From contig CAMYXV010000001.1 of NCBI GenBank assembly GCA_947303055.1, forward strand, positions 3,961-67,960: a stretch of DNA of 64,000 nucleotides. Direction: 5' to 3'. Below the pieces are notes generated by a model that was given only the letters and a program-made list of their open reading frames with translations, was not told the origin of the DNA and ran no database searches. The DNA comes from an uncultured Bacteroidales bacterium. GTDB lineage: Bacteria > Bacteroidota > Bacteroidia > Bacteroidales > F082. Shown one piece after another: positions 37,333-47,113 of this stretch. Every line of letters starts with the position of its first letter. The stretch's first letter is position 1. The position numbers and the translations under genes are program-made.

Positions 37333-38347
37333 TAACATTGATATTAAGTGTATCGCAACCTGCTTGCCCGAAGGCATACTCGAAATGTCTTCATTGAAAG
37401 AACGTTTTGGTGAAAAAGCAGTGGAAGATACCGTTAAAGGCAGTGGCATTGAACGTTTGCATGTGGCTGCCGATCATGAAACCACGGCCGATCTGTGTGA
37501 ACGTGCCGCAAACAATCTGTTCGAAGCCACAGGATTTGACAGAAATGAAATTGATGGAGTGGTGTTTGTGTCGCAGACCATGGATTACTTCAACCCTGCC
37601 ACCTCATGTGTATTGCAGGGCAAACTGGGGTTGCCTGAAGAGTGTGTTTGCTTTGACATTGCATACGGTTGCAGCGGCTATATCTATGGCATGTTCCAAG
37701 CAGCCGTTTTGATTAGCTCAGGTGCTTGCAAGAATGTGCTGGTGCTGGCTGGCGACACCAATTCAAAAATGGTGGACAAAAACAAACATTCGTCGCTGAT
37801 GGTGTTTGGCGATGCCGGTTCGGCCACATTGGTCTCCAAAGGCGAAAACAAAATGGGATTCCATATTTGCTCTGATGGCTACAACTACCAGACGGTGCTC
37901 AACGACAGAATGGGATTCCGCAAATTCCCAGAGAATACCCGTCCGGACTATCAGCCTGACCCTGCCATGAGTGGTGACGACGTGTTCAGCTTTATCGTGA
38001 ATGTGGGGCCAAAGACCATCAAGACCGTAATCGAACTGATGGGTTGGGACAAGGACGATGTGGACTTCTTCGGCCTGCATCAGGCTACCAAAATCACTGT
38101 CGATTTCATGCGCAAGAAACTGAAACTGGCGCATCCCGAAAGGGCTCCGTTCGACATACAGAACTATGGCAACACAGGTCCTACCACCGTGCCGATGGTG
38201 CTGACCGACTACCCGCATCGTGCCGAGGGTATAGACACCTCCTCTTGGAACAAGGTGGTCATGGCCGCCTATGGTGTAGGACTTTCGTGGGGCAGTGTGG
38301 CCTGTGACTTGTCGAAGACATTGATACTTAAACCGATTAATCAATAA
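37316..38347 (+). CDS. 3-oxoacyl-ACP synthase III-like
   Basis: DIAYGCSGY, GLHQATKI and YGNTGPTTVP. Confidence 0.8.
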   Translation: MKCLIDNIDIKCIATCLPEGILEMSSLKERFGEKAVEDTVKGSGIERLHVAADHETTADLCERAANNLFEATGFDRNEIDGVVFVSQTMDYFNPATSCVLQGKLGLPEECVCFDIAYGCSGYIYGMFQAAVLISSGACKNVLVLAGDTNSKMVDKNKHSSLMVFGDAGSATLVSKGENKMGFHICSDGYNYQTVLNDRMGFRKFPENTRPDYQPDPAMSGDDVFSFIVNVGPKTIKTVIELMGWDKDDVDFFGLHQATKITVDFMRKKLKLAHPERAPFDIQNYGNTGPTTVPMVLTDYPHRAEGIDTSSWNKVVMAAYGVGLSWGSVACDLSKTLILKPINQ

Positions 38348-38379
38348 ATTCAATTATTAACAATTAAATATTTAGAGTT

Positions 38380-38610
38380 ATGGAATTAAAAGATTTTATT
38401 GCAAACTTTGCAGAACAGTTTGACGAAACCGACGTTAACGAATTCAAGCCCGAAACCGTTTTCCACGATTTGGAAGAGTATTCATCACTGGTAGCCCTTT
38501 CCATCATTGCCATGATCAACGAGGAGTATGACGTTACTCTCAAAGGTGATGACATGAGCGCAGCCGTGACCATCGAAGATCTTTTCAATATCGTTAAAAG
38601 CAAGATGTAA
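38380..38610 (+). CDS. acyl carrier protein
   Basis: 76 aa. LEEYSSLVALSIIAMINEE is paralogous to 34552-34779. Confidence 0.7.
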   Translation: MELKDFIANFAEQFDETDVNEFKPETVFHDLEEYSSLVALSIIAMINEEYDVTLKGDDMSAAVTIEDLFNIVKSKM

Positions 38611-39671
38611 TGGCTTTCTTAGAAGTTAAAAACGTCAGAATTGCCGGTATGAGTGCCGGTGTTCCCAAGCGTGTCATCAACAACATGGAGCAGTTTAACG
38701 ATTACTCCAAGGATTATGATGCCGCAGCGTTTGTGGAACAGACCGGTGTGCTGGAACGCAGAGTGGACAACATTCCCACTTCCGACCTCTGTGTTCCAGC
38801 TGCCGTGCAGCTAATGAATGACCTGGGTTGGGAGAAGGCCGATGTGGATGCGGTGCTTTTTGTGTCGCAAAACACCGACTATATCCTTCCTGCCACCGCT
38901 TGCATTGTGCAGGAACGACTTGGCCTGAGCAAGGAATGTTATGCCATGGACATTGCCATGGGATGCTCGGGCTGGGTTTACGGCCTCAGTGCTGCCTTGT
39001 CGTTGATGCAAGGAGGAACCATAAAGAAAGCTCTGTTGATGTGCGGCGATGCCAAGCGTCGCTCGCAATACGACGGTCCGCTGTTTGGCTTTGCCGGAAC
39101 GGTAACGGCATTGGTGTATGATGAAGGTTGCAGTAGCATCAAGTTCCATCTGGGAACAGATGGCGGCAGCTATGATGCCATCATCATCCCAGACGGCGGT
39201 GCCCGCAACCAGGTTACACCCAAGTCGTTCGAACTGGAAGAGTTCGATGGCAAGATGGTACACCGTCTGGAAAGCCGTATGAAAGGCATGGATGTGTTTG
39301 CTTTCGGTATCTCAACCGTGCCGAAGTCGGTGAAGCAGCTGTCAGAACACTTTGGAATAGACTATCAAGATGCTGACTACTATGTGTTCCATCAAGCCAA
39401 CATGAAAATGAACAACATGATTATGAAGAAGCTGAAATTGCCGCAGGAGAAAGTGCCGTCGTGCATGTACTGGTTTGGCAACACTTCTTCAGCGTCTATC
39501 CCTTTGACCATCGTCACCCAATTGGGTGATAAATGCCAAGACCACAAGCGATTCCTTTGTTGCGGTTTCGGTGTGGGATTGTCGTGGGGTACGGTCGTGT
39601 TTGAAACTGACAACCTGGTGCTTTCAAAATTAGTTGAAGTTGAAGAAGACAAAAATACAAAATGGGTATGA
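38610..39671 (+). CDS. 3-oxoacyl-ACP synthase III-like
   Basis: DIAMGCSGW, VFHQANMK and FGNTSSASIP. Confidence 0.85.
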   Translation: MAFLEVKNVRIAGMSAGVPKRVINNMEQFNDYSKDYDAAAFVEQTGVLERRVDNIPTSDLCVPAAVQLMNDLGWEKADVDAVLFVSQNTDYILPATACIVQERLGLSKECYAMDIAMGCSGWVYGLSAALSLMQGGTIKKALLMCGDAKRRSQYDGPLFGFAGTVTALVYDEGCSSIKFHLGTDGGSYDAIIIPDGGARNQVTPKSFELEEFDGKMVHRLESRMKGMDVFAFGISTVPKSVKQLSEHFGIDYQDADYYVFHQANMKMNNMIMKKLKLPQEKVPSCMYWFGNTSSASIPLTIVTQLGDKCQDHKRFLCCGFGVGLSWGTVVFETDNLVLSKLVEVEEDKNTKWV

Positions 39672-40417
39672 GTTATAATCCTTTTTCACTTGAGGGCAAG
39701 ACTATTCTTGTCACAGGCGCATCATCGGGCATTGGCCGTGGTGCCGCCATCGAATGCGCTAAGATGGGCGCAAAAGTCATCATTACAGCCCGTAATGAGG
39801 ATCGCTTGAAAGAAACCTTATCGCAATTGGAGGGTGAAGGACACGTGATGCGTGTTTGCGACCTTACCGACAACGAGGCCATCAAGGAGATGGTCAACAG
39901 CCTGCCTGAATTGCAAGGCGTTGTCAACAATGCAGGTTTCACCACCATCCAGCCCATACCTTTCATCAACGAGGAGGAGTTTCTCAAAATCATGCAGGTA
40001 AATACCATGGCACCTGTGTTGACATTGAAATACCTGATGAAGAAGAAGAAACTGAAATCAGGTGCTTCTGTTGTTTTCACCAGTTCATTAGCTGGTATTG
40101 GTACCATGTCGGTGGGCAATACCATGTATGGTTGTAGTAAGGGAGCTATCAGTGCCTTTATCAAAGGTGCTGCAAAGGAATTGGCTGCCAAGAACATTCG
40201 AGTGAATGCCGTGTGCCCCGGTCTGGTTGACTCCCAAATATTGGCATCGGGAACCATTACCGACGACCAATTGAAAAAGACTTTGGAATTGTACCCTCTT
40301 GGCCGTTCTGGCAAACCTGAAGACGTAGCTTGGGCTATGGTGTATTTGCTTTCGGATGCCTCCAGCTGGATTACCGGTGTGAACCTGCCCGTTGACGGAG
40401 GCCGTGAACTTTATTGA
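39668..40417 (+). CDS. SDR family oxidoreductase
   Basis: TGASSGIGRGAA and YGCSKGAISAF. Start chosen at MSYNPFSLEGKT (ATGA overlap with the upstream stop, matching the paralogue N-termini). An alternative ATG lies at 39662. Confidence 0.85.
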   Translation: MSYNPFSLEGKTILVTGASSGIGRGAAIECAKMGAKVIITARNEDRLKETLSQLEGEGHVMRVCDLTDNEAIKEMVNSLPELQGVVNNAGFTTIQPIPFINEEEFLKIMQVNTMAPVLTLKYLMKKKKLKSGASVVFTSSLAGIGTMSVGNTMYGCSKGAISAFIKGAAKELAAKNIRVNAVCPGLVDSQILASGTITDDQLKKTLELYPLGRSGKPEDVAWAMVYLLSDASSWITGVNLPVDGGRELY

Positions 40418-40430
40418 TAAATGAATAGCG

Positions 40431-41546
40431 ATGGCATTTTATAATTTACCAAACATTAGAATAGCGGCAGTGGCATCGGCTGTGCCGACCGAGGTGGTGA
40501 AACTGGAGAGTTTTGCCGACAAGTTCGGTGCTGACTATGTTGAAAAATACAAAGAGCAGACTGGTGTTCAACAGTTCAGAAAGACTCGCGAGCACCAGAC
40601 CGCTTCCGACTTGGCTTTTGCTGCGGCAGAGAATATTATCAACACCAAGGGCATTGACCGCGAATCGATAGGTGCGCTGGTCTTCATAGCCCATTCCAAG
40701 GACTATTGGCGTCCCGCCACGGCCTGTGTGCTTCACAAGCGGCTAGGGCTGAACAAGGATTGTGCTGCTTTCGACATCAGCTTGGCTTGTTCGGCAGTGC
40801 CTTACGGCATGTATGTGGTGGGGTCAATGATGATGACTTCCGATATTGACCGTGCATTGCTGCTGGTGGGTGAGACCCCACAGAAAATTACCAATCCTGA
40901 TGACAAGTCATCGTGTATGCTGATTGGCGAGGGCGGTGGTGCTTTCCTCTTGGAGAAGAGCAATGCCGAAGGTGCCGGCATCAGTGGCATTTGCCGTTCA
41001 TTCGGCCAAGGCTACAATGCCATTATTATGCCCGGTGGTGGCTTCCGAAACCCTAATCCGCCAACGGAAGAGTATGTGTGGAAAGACGGCAACCGTCGTT
41101 CGATGTATAACGTGATGATGCGGGGCGAGGACGTTTTTGCCTTCACCATTTCCGACATACCCAAGACTATCAAGGAGTATTTGGCCAAGGTGGAAAAAAC
41201 GGTTGAGGACTTCGACTGCTTGGCAGTCCATCAGGCCAATAAGTTCATCCTCCAGATGCTTTGCAAGAAGCTGAAAGTGGGGCAGGAGAAGATGCCGATG
41301 TGTCTCGATCGCTACGGCAACACTTCGGCAGCATCCATCCCTATGGTGCTGGGCGATGTGTATGGCAATAGAGATGATGCAAAAGACATCAATGTTTTGA
41401 TGAGCGGTTTTGGTGTAGGTTTGAGTTGGGGCGTTTGCTCTGCAAAGATCTCTCCAAAAGACATTCTGCCCATCATTGAAACGGACGAAATCTTTGAAGA
41501 GGGTATCATCAACACACCAGAGGATTATTATAACTTAAGCAAATAA
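40431..41546 (+). CDS. 3-oxoacyl-ACP synthase III-like
   Basis: DISLACSAV, AVHQANKF and YGNTSAASIP. Confidence 0.8.
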   Translation: MAFYNLPNIRIAAVASAVPTEVVKLESFADKFGADYVEKYKEQTGVQQFRKTREHQTASDLAFAAAENIINTKGIDRESIGALVFIAHSKDYWRPATACVLHKRLGLNKDCAAFDISLACSAVPYGMYVVGSMMMTSDIDRALLLVGETPQKITNPDDKSSCMLIGEGGGAFLLEKSNAEGAGISGICRSFGQGYNAIIMPGGGFRNPNPPTEEYVWKDGNRRSMYNVMMRGEDVFAFTISDIPKTIKEYLAKVEKTVEDFDCLAVHQANKFILQMLCKKLKVGQEKMPMCLDRYGNTSAASIPMVLGDVYGNRDDAKDINVLMSGFGVGLSWGVCSAKISPKDILPIIETDEIFEEGIINTPEDYYNLSK

Positions 41547-41554
41547 AGAAAAGT

Positions 41555-42460
41555 ATGAACATCAAGAAAGCCATAAGTGAGGCAAAGAGTATCATCAATG
41601 CTGACAACATCATACTGTACTTTCCCAACGTCAAGGCGAAAGAGCATCGGGTGAACCTGCATGTTTCGGATATGAAGCAGAAGGGGGATGTGGATGCCAA
41701 TGATGAAACACGAAACGCTTATAACCTCGGAGACTATTTCGGGGTTATTGTTGTGAATTGGATGCTTCAGCGAAAAGGGCTTTCTCTTGATGACTATGTG
41801 GAGAAGAAGAAGCATCTTTTGACGGTAGGTTCCGGGGCAGTGAAGTCCTATCAGAACATGACCATTTGGGGGTCTGGTGTTGAAAGGGAATTGCCACAAA
41901 GGTTCAGAAGGTTCTTCCAAAAGAGTTGGTATAGGAAGCTGGACATCCGTGCCGTTAGAGGTCCCAAGTCAAGAGAGTATTTGATGAGACTTGGACACAA
42001 AGTACCTGAGGTATATGGTGACCCTGCCATATTGATGCCGCTGATTTACAGTGATTTAACGGGGGGTAATGAGGGGTATGATATTTCCATTATCCCTCAG
42101 TTAGTTACAGAGAAGGGCATTCGGGAAAAATATCCCGATGCCCACATTATCAGCATGAATACTAATGACTACAAGAGTGTCATAGACCAGATTGTTCAAA
42201 GCAAGTTGATTATCAGTTCCTCACTGCATGGTGTGATTCTGGCAGATGCATACGGGGTGCCATCTGTATGGTATCGCGGTCTTGGTAAAGACATCGACTT
42301 CAAGTATCTGGATTATTACGCCAGTACGGACAGAAAGCCAGAGACAATACCGACAACGATAGAAGAGGCAATGAACACCAAACCATTGCCACTACCTGAT
42401 TTGAAACCTTTACAAGAAGGATTGTTGAAATCGTTCCCATACGATTTGTGGGATAAATAA
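41555..42460 (+). CDS. polysaccharide pyruvyl transferase family protein
   Basis: IISSSLHGVILADAYGVPSVW. Confidence 0.7.
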   Translation: MNIKKAISEAKSIINADNIILYFPNVKAKEHRVNLHVSDMKQKGDVDANDETRNAYNLGDYFGVIVVNWMLQRKGLSLDDYVEKKKHLLTVGSGAVKSYQNMTIWGSGVERELPQRFRRFFQKSWYRKLDIRAVRGPKSREYLMRLGHKVPEVYGDPAILMPLIYSDLTGGNEGYDISIIPQLVTEKGIREKYPDAHIISMNTNDYKSVIDQIVQSKLIISSSLHGVILADAYGVPSVWYRGLGKDIDFKYLDYYASTDRKPETIPTTIEEAMNTKPLPLPDLKPLQEGLLKSFPYDLWDK

Positions 42461-42467
42461 TAAAAAC

Positions 42468-43331
42468 ATGGCAAAAGCATACGTATTCCCCGGTCAGGGA
42501 GCCCAGTTCGTAGGCATGGGCAAAGACCTCTATGAGAGCAATCCCAAAGCCAAAGAATTGTTCGACAAAGCCAACGACATACTTGGCTACCGTATCACCG
42601 ATATTATGTTTAATGGTGACAGCGATGACTTGAAACAAACCAAAGTCACCCAACCTGCCGTCTTCCTGCATTCAGTTATCTCGGCACTGTGCATGGAAGA
42701 TTTCCACCCCGATATGGTGGCCGGTCACTCCCTTGGCGAATTTTCGGCTTTGGTGGCCGCTGGCGCATTGACCTTCGAGGATGGTCTCCGCTTGGTATAT
42801 GCCCGTGCCATGGCTATGCAGAAAGCTTGCGAAGCTGCACCATCAACCATGGCAGCCATCATCAATCTGCCAGATGAAACCATCGAGAAGGTTTGTGCTG
42901 AGCTGAGCAAGGATGGTCAAGTGGTAGTCCCAGCCAACTACAACAGCCCCGGTCAAGTGGTCATCTCTGGAAATGTGGAGGCCATTAAAGAGGCTTGTAC
43001 CAAGCTAAAAGAGGCTGGTGCAAAACGTGCTTTGCCTTTGGCTGTGGGTGGCGCATTCCATTCACCGCTGATGGAGCCAGCCCGCATTGAGTTGGCTGCT
43101 GCTATCGAGAAAGCCCCAGTGAGCAAATCTATTTGCCCTGTGTACCAGAATGTGGATGCATTGCCGCATACCGACCCAGTGGAAATTAAGGACAACCTGC
43201 TGAAGCAGTTGACCGCCCCCGTCCGCTGGACTCAGAGCGTCATCAACATGATTAACGACGGCATGACCGAGTTTGTTGAGTGCGGTCCAGGCCAGGTGTT
43301 GACGGGGTTGATTGGTAGGATAATGAAGTAA
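42468..43331 (+). CDS. fabD: malonyl-CoA:ACP transacylase
   Basis: FPGQGAQFVGMG, GHSLGEFSAL and GGAFHSPLM. Canonical FabD length. Confidence 0.9.
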   Translation: MAKAYVFPGQGAQFVGMGKDLYESNPKAKELFDKANDILGYRITDIMFNGDSDDLKQTKVTQPAVFLHSVISALCMEDFHPDMVAGHSLGEFSALVAAGALTFEDGLRLVYARAMAMQKACEAAPSTMAAIINLPDETIEKVCAELSKDGQVVVPANYNSPGQVVISGNVEAIKEACTKLKEAGAKRALPLAVGGAFHSPLMEPARIELAAAIEKAPVSKSICPVYQNVDALPHTDPVEIKDNLLKQLTAPVRWTQSVINMINDGMTEFVECGPGQVLTGLIGRIMK

Positions 43332-43342
43332 ATAATAAGACT

Positions 43343-43951
43343 ATGTATAAACACTTTTTCAAGAGGGTTTTAGATATCCTCATATCAGGTATTGCCTTAT
43401 TGTTAATTGGCTGGTTCTTGATTATTGTCACCATTTTCCTTCACTTTGCGAACAAGGGGGCTGGTGCTTTCTTTTTCCAAGAACGACCGGGTAAGAATGC
43501 CAAGATTTTCAAAGTCATCAAGTTTAAGACCATGACTGATGAACGTGATGAAAATGGTAATTTACTGCCTGATTCACTGCGATTGACAAAAGTTGGGAAA
43601 TTTGTGCGCAGCACGTCTGTTGATGAGTTACCTCAGTTGATCAACGTTTTCAAAGGTGACATGTCGTTGATTGGCCCTCGGCCATTGTTGGTGCAATACC
43701 TGCCATTATATTCTCCAGAGCAGGCACGTCGTCATGAAGTGCGACCGGGCATCAGCGGCTGGGCACAATGTCATGGCCGCAACGCCATCAGCTGGAAAGA
43801 AAAGTTCGCATTAGACGTTTGGTATGTTGACCATTGCACTTTTTGGACAGACATCCGCATTATATTCATCACCATCAAGAACGTGTTACAACGCAAGGAT
43901 ATTGACTTTGACGGTGCTGCTGAATTGAAAGCGTTTGATGGAACGAACTAA
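43343..43951 (+). CDS. undecaprenyl-phosphate sugar-phosphate transferase (bacterial sugar transferase family, initiating enzyme)
   Basis: One N-terminal transmembrane helix, DELPQLINVFKGDMSLIGPRP and RPGISGWAQ. Confidence 0.9.
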   Translation: MYKHFFKRVLDILISGIALLLIGWFLIIVTIFLHFANKGAGAFFFQERPGKNAKIFKVIKFKTMTDERDENGNLLPDSLRLTKVGKFVRSTSVDELPQLINVFKGDMSLIGPRPLLVQYLPLYSPEQARRHEVRPGISGWAQCHGRNAISWKEKFALDVWYVDHCTFWTDIRIIFITIKNVLQRKDIDFDGAAELKAFDGTN

Positions 43952-43974
43952 AGAAATAATTAAACATCAGTAAT

Positions 43975-44892
43975 ATGAAAGGTATAGTATTAGCAGGCGG
44001 CAGTGGTACCCGCCTTTATCCAATTACAAAAGGAGTTAGCAAACAGTTGCTTCCTATTTATGACAAGCCGATGGTGTATTACCCCATCTCGGCCTTGATG
44101 CTGGCGGGCATTCGTGACATCCTCATCATCAGCACGCCTTACGACCTGCCGGGCTTCCGCCGTCTGCTGGGCGACGGCTCGGACTACGGTGTGCATTTCG
44201 AGTATGCCGAGCAGCCTTCACCCGACGGCCTGGCACAGGCATTTATCATCGGTGAGAAGTTCATCGGCAACGACAGCGCTTGCCTGGTTTTAGGCGACAA
44301 CATTTTCTATGGTGCCGGTTTTACCACCCTGCTCCGCAATGCCGTGAAGGATGCCGAGGAGAACAAGAAAGCCACCGTGTTTGGCTACTGGGTGAGTGAC
44401 CCCGAACGTTACGGTGTGGCGGAGTTCGACCGCCAGGGCAACTGCCTCAGCATTGAGGAGAAACCCAAGGAGCCCAAAAGCAACTACGCCGTGGTGGGCC
44501 TCTATTTCTACCCCAACAAGGTGGTGAACGTGGCCAAGACCATCAAGCCCTCTGCCCGTGGCGAACTGGAAATCACCACGGTGAACCAAGAGTTCTTGAA
44601 AGACGGTGAACTGAAAGTCCAAGTCTTTGGCCGTGGCTTCGCATGGCTTGACACGGGTACGCATGATTCGCTTTCAGAGGCATCGACCTTCGTGGAGGTG
44701 ATCGAGAAACGCCAAGGCCTGAAGGTGGCTTGCTTGGAAGGCATCGCCTACCGTAATGGCTGGATCACGGAAGAAAAGATGCGCGAGCTGGCCAAGCCGA
44801 TGCTGAAGAACCAGTATGGGCAGTATCTGCTGAAGGTAATTGAGGAGAAGAAAGCGGAGATAGACTCGGATTCGTTCCGCTACACTGAATAA
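43975..44892 (+). CDS. rfbA: glucose-1-phosphate thymidylyltransferase
   Basis: [26 protein letters not shown], and full RfbA length. Confidence 0.95.
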   Translation: MKGIVLAGGSGTRLYPITKGVSKQLLPIYDKPMVYYPISALMLAGIRDILIISTPYDLPGFRRLLGDGSDYGVHFEYAEQPSPDGLAQAFIIGEKFIGNDSACLVLGDNIFYGAGFTTLLRNAVKDAEENKKATVFGYWVSDPERYGVAEFDRQGNCLSIEEKPKEPKSNYAVVGLYFYPNKVVNVAKTIKPSARGELEITTVNQEFLKDGELKVQVFGRGFAWLDTGTHDSLSEASTFVEVIEKRQGLKVACLEGIAYRNGWITEEKMRELAKPMLKNQYGQYLLKVIEEKKAEIDSDSFRYTE

Positions 44893-44898
44893 TGGTGG

Positions 44899-45792
44899 GT
44901 GACTATGGCAACAGTTGATGATGTAAGAATCATAGAGCTGCCCAAGTTCTTGGACGCTCGAGGCAACCTTTCGTTTGCTGAGCAATTGAATCATATTCCG
45001 TTTGAGATTAAGCGGACGTATTGGATTTACGATGTGCCCGGTGGTGAAGCCAGAGGTGGACATGCTTTCAGGCAGAACCAGGAAGTGGTGGTTGCCTTAT
45101 CCGGCTCGTTTGACGTGATTGTCGATGACGGCAACCAGCGAAAGACCTTCGCCTTGAACCGTTCCTACTACGGGCTCTATATCCCCGCAGGGCTTTGGCG
45201 TACGATGGAGAATTTTTCCACCAATTCATTGGCTTTGGAGTTTGGATCCATGCATTATGATGTGAACGATTACATCTATGACTATGAGGAATACCTCCAG
45301 CTTCGCAAGGCGATTCCTGAACAGAAACCATTGGTTGCTGTTAACGAACCATCGGCCTCGACTGCGATGCCAGTAAAAAAATACAACGTCTTCGACTGCT
45401 CCATGGTGGAACTCGACCGACACCACAGCGACCGCAAGGGCAACCTCACAGTGGTGGAGAACGGTCAGACCTTGCCCTTTGACGTGAAGCGCGTGTACTA
45501 CCTCTACGACGTGCCAGGTGGCGAGAACCGCGGCTCGCACGCTCATAAAGAATTGAGCCAGCTGATTATTGCTGCTTCTGGCTCTTTCACTGTTACGTTA
45601 GATGACGGTAAATGCAAACGGTCGTTTTTCCTCAATCGTCCTTACCAAGGTTTGTATGTGAAACCAGGAATGTGGCGTGACTTGGAGGACTTCTCCTCGG
45701 GAGCCGTCTGCATGGTGCTGGCCAGCGATGTGTATCTGGCTTCGGATTATATTAGGGATTATCAGGAGTTTTTGGAGTTTAGAAATCAATAA
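44899..45792 (+). CDS. tandem-duplicated FdtA/WxcM-like sugar 3,4-ketoisomerase (two cupin domains)
   Basis: Two copies of the motif set are present. Copy 1: LPKFLDARGNLSFAE...YDVPGGEARGGHAF. Copy 2: LDRHHSDRKGNLTVVE...YDVPGGENRGSHAH. Confidence 0.8.
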   Translation: MTMATVDDVRIIELPKFLDARGNLSFAEQLNHIPFEIKRTYWIYDVPGGEARGGHAFRQNQEVVVALSGSFDVIVDDGNQRKTFALNRSYYGLYIPAGLWRTMENFSTNSLALEFGSMHYDVNDYIYDYEEYLQLRKAIPEQKPLVAVNEPSASTAMPVKKYNVFDCSMVELDRHHSDRKGNLTVVENGQTLPFDVKRVYYLYDVPGGENRGSHAHKELSQLIIAASGSFTVTLDDGKCKRSFFLNRPYQGLYVKPGMWRDLEDFSSGAVCMVLASDVYLASDYIRDYQEFLEFRNQ

Positions 45793-45802
45793 ACATCATA
45801 TT

Positions 45803-47092
45803 ATGTCAGAAAGAAAACGTATTTATCTCTGCCTCGCCCACATGTCGGACGAAGGCCTTGAACAAAAGTATATCAAAGAAGCATTCGACACCAATTGGGT
45901 GGTGCCGCTTGGACCGAACGTTAACGGATTTGAAAAGGACCTCGAGGAATTCGTGGGTCAGAACAAAAGGGTAGTGGCCTTGTCTGCAGGTACTGCTGCT
46001 GTACATCTGGCTTTGATTGCCTGCGGTGTGAAGTCTGGTGATGAAGTGTGCGTGCAGAGCTTCACTTTCTGTGCTTCGTCGCACCCGATTACTTATCTGG
46101 GGGCTACACCAATCTTCATCGATAGCGAGAAGGATACCTGGAATATGGATCCGGAACTGCTGGAAGAGGCCATTAAAGATCGTATTGCCAAGACGGGCAA
46201 GAAGCCAAAAGCGATTGTCCCTGTGGCTTTGTATGGAATGCCTTATCAGATTGATAAGATTATGGCCATTGCTGAGAAGTATGATATTCCAGTTGTCGAG
46301 GATGCTGCCGAGGGCTTCGGTAGCCGCTGGAAAGGTCAGGTACTGGGCACCTTTGGTAAATACGGTGTACTATCGTTCAATGGCAACAAGATGATTACCA
46401 CTTCTGGTGGCGGTGCTCTGGTGACCGCCAACGAGGACGAGTGGCGCGAGATTATGATGTATGCCACGCAGTATCGCGAGAGCTATCCTTATTATCAACA
46501 CGAGAAGATTGGTTTCAACTACCGTATGAGTAACATCTGCGCTGGTATCGGCCGTGGTCAGATGACGGTGGTGAATCAGCACATAGAACACCACAAACAC
46601 GTACAGGCTCTTTACGAGGAGCTGCTGGCTGGCGTGCCCGGCATCGCCGTGCATTCGCAGCCTAAAGGTCACACAGATAGCACAGATAACACAGATAAGG
46701 TTCCTGTCTTCGACAGTAACTATTGGTTATGTACCATAACCCTTGACCCCTTGCTCCGCATCAAAGGTCAGGAGAACGCCTACAAGACCATCGTGACCGG
46801 TGCCGTGGGTGGCGCTGCCGGTGTGATTCATGCCGCTTCGTCAGCTGTTACGAACTGCCAGCCTAACGACAACGTTGAAGCACTCCGCGTCTTCATGGAT
46901 GCCGCTGGCATTGAGGCCCGTCCCGTGTGGAAGCCCATGCACAAGCAGCCAGTCTATAAGAACTGCCCCGCCTATGTCAATGGCGTTTCAGAGGCCATTT
47001 TCAAAGTGGGTATGTGTTTGCCTGCCGGACCGTATGTGAGCGACGAGGATGTGAAGTATATTGTAAGCTGCATCAAAGATGCAATTAAGTAG
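45803..47092 (+). CDS. DegT-family PLP-dependent sugar aminotransferase
   Basis: Start at MSERKRIYLCLAHMS (the track ORF from 45677 overlaps the previous gene). LSFNGNKMITTSGGGAL carries the PLP Lys. Paralogue of the gene starting at 62983. Confidence 0.85.
   Translation: MSERKRIYLCLAHMSDEGLEQKYIKEAFDTNWVVPLGPNVNGFEKDLEEFVGQNKRVVALSAGTAAVHLALIACGVKSGDEVCVQSFTFCASSHPITYLGATPIFIDSEKDTWNMDPELLEEAIKDRIAKTGKKPKAIVPVALYGMPYQIDKIMAIAEKYDIPVVEDAAEGFGSRWKGQVLGTFGKYGVLSFNGNKMITTSGGGALVTANEDEWREIMMYATQYRESYPYYQHEKIGFNYRMSNICAGIGRGQMTVVNQHIEHHKHVQALYEELLAGVPGIAVHSQPKGHTDSTDNTDKVPVFDSNYWLCTITLDPLLRIKGQENAYKTIVTGAVGGAAGVIHAASSAVTNCQPNDNVEALRVFMDAAGIEARPVWKPMHKQPVYKNCPAYVNGVSEAIFKVGMCLPAGPYVSDEDVKYIVSCIKDAIK
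46672..46697 (+). repeat. in-frame 9-nt tandem repeat CACAGATAn x3 inside the aminotransferase gene
   Basis: CACAGATA at 46672, 46681 and 46690, encoding TDSTDNTDK. Confidence 0.8.
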
Positions 47093-47113
47093 CCTTGATA
47101 GTCAGCTGGGAAG

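Noticed and set aside
27298-40314. Antisense ORFs inside biosynthetic genes (27298-27873, 27886-28488, 28770-29303, 29334-29864, 32190-32870, 35468-36025, 37763-38353, 39673-40314). The same applies to 63301-63783.
   Set aside because: Each is fully overlapped by a plus-strand gene with strong family motifs (ATP-grasp, DegT, NeuD, KAS III, SDR). No motifs were seen in the antisense products.
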